This document shows positions 62,975-64,000 of a stretch of 64,000 bases of DNA, piece by piece (the stretch's first letter is position 1; the number at the start of each line of letters is the position of its first letter). The DNA comes from Somniosus microcephalus (Eukaryota): contig CM126221.1 of assembly GCA_052327205.1 (NCBI GenBank), forward strand, positions 57,598,001 to 57,662,000, given 5' to 3'. Made by a program: the position numbers and the translations under genes. Below the pieces are notes generated by a model that saw only the letters and a list, made by a program, of their open reading frames with translations, searched no databases and was not told the origin of the DNA.

Positions 62975-63652
62975 GTCCAGGGCCCCAAACAACTCCTTCC
63001 AGGTGAAACAGCGATTTACTTGTACTTCTTTCAATCGCTGCTCACGATGCAGTCTCCTCTACATGAGGGAGACCAAATGCAGATTGGGTGACCGCTTTGC
63101 TGAACACCTCCATTCAGTTCGCAAGCATGACCATGAGCTTTCGGTCGCTTGCCATGTTAATTCTCCGCCCCACTCCCACTCTGACCTCTCTGTCCTCGGC
63201 CTCCTACATTGTTCTAATGAAACTCAATGGAAGCTCAAGGAACAGCACCTCATCTTTCGATTAGGCACTTTACAGCCTTCTGGACTCAACATCGAGTTCA
63301 ACAATTTCAGATCATTTTTTCAGACAGCAATGGTTCTGTTGTTGCCATTTACAGCTCCTCTAGACCAATCATATATTTGTTTCTTTACTTGTCCCATTGC
63401 CACCCCCTTTTTGCCTTGCACCATCCCTTTTGTCATTTAATCTCTCCTGCCTTCCACCATATCACAGACCTTCACTTCTGTTCTTTCCATCCCTCCCCCT
63501 TATCCCGCCTCGGCACTTGCTTAAAATCTGTTACATCTCTAACTTTTTCCAGTTCTGATGAAAGGTCATCGACTTAAAACGTTGGCTCTGTTTCTCTCTC
63601 CACAGATGCTGCCTGGCCTGCTGAGTGTTTCCAGCATGTTCTGCTTTTATTA
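62975..63652 (+). mobile_element. Penelope-like element: GIY-YIG endonuclease remnant plus terminal repeat
   Basis: RCSRCSLLYMRETKCRLGDRFAEHL ... VACH ... EQHLIFRLGTLQPSGLN is the PLE GIY-YIG C-terminal pattern. Confidence 0.88.
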
Positions 63653-63654
63653 AA

Positions 63655-63830
63655 GATTGACCCCTTACTTTCAAAAGGGAATTCGATATATAATTGAAAA
63701 GGAAAGATTTTTCGGGCTATGGGGAAGGAGTGGGGAGACTGGGACAAATTGGACAGCTCTTATAAACAGCTGGCACAGGTACAATGGGCCGAATGGCCTC
63801 CTCTGTGCTTGAAGATTCTGTGGTTCCAGG
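63655..63830 (+). mobile_element. CR1 3' end
   Basis: ttcaaaagggaattcgat ... gggccgaatggcctcctctgtgct. Confidence 0.75.
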
Positions 63831-64000
63831 TCCGTTGAAGAACTCCATATATACGAACATATGAAAATGACAGGCAGGCAAAGACCGACTGGTCCATCCA
63901 GCCTGTCCCATATAGTAAACCTCTCCGCCTCTCTACCTCTCTCTCCTCCTTTAGGTTGCTACTTAAAGCCTGCCCCTTTGACCAAGCTTTTGGTCACCTG

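Overview
Vertebrate genomic DNA, not prokaryotic. The repeat content (CR1 LINEs with (CTATGTTT)n tails, SacSINE1-type Deu-domain SINEs, L2, RTE and Penelope-like fragments) points to a cartilaginous fish, probably a shark (inference). The only protein-coding gene I can support is a complete minus-strand YTHDF2 (m6A reader). It has five coding exons (60047-60073, 59849-59873, 56990-57069, 49409-50974, 30204-30227), 1722 nt and 573 aa, GT-AG introns, a CpG-island promoter at about 60.1-61.2 kb and a poly(A) signal at 29344-29349. The left half (1-29 kb) has no recognisable coding exon. It contains CpG-rich promoter-like patches, many retrotransposon fragments and three minisatellites, one of them telomere-like. 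The most notable details are: an out-of-frame upstream ATG whose 31-codon overlapping uORF runs across YTHDF2 exons 1-3; a 6 x 82-bp promoter repeat with kappaB-like sites; an intronic 25-bp array carrying about 33 palindromic MRE-core motifs; decayed minimal hammerhead ribozymes in Penelope-like tails; and several nested insertions. I found no convincing wholly new multi-gene system. TE boundaries are approximate and family names come from recalled consensus features, not from a search.
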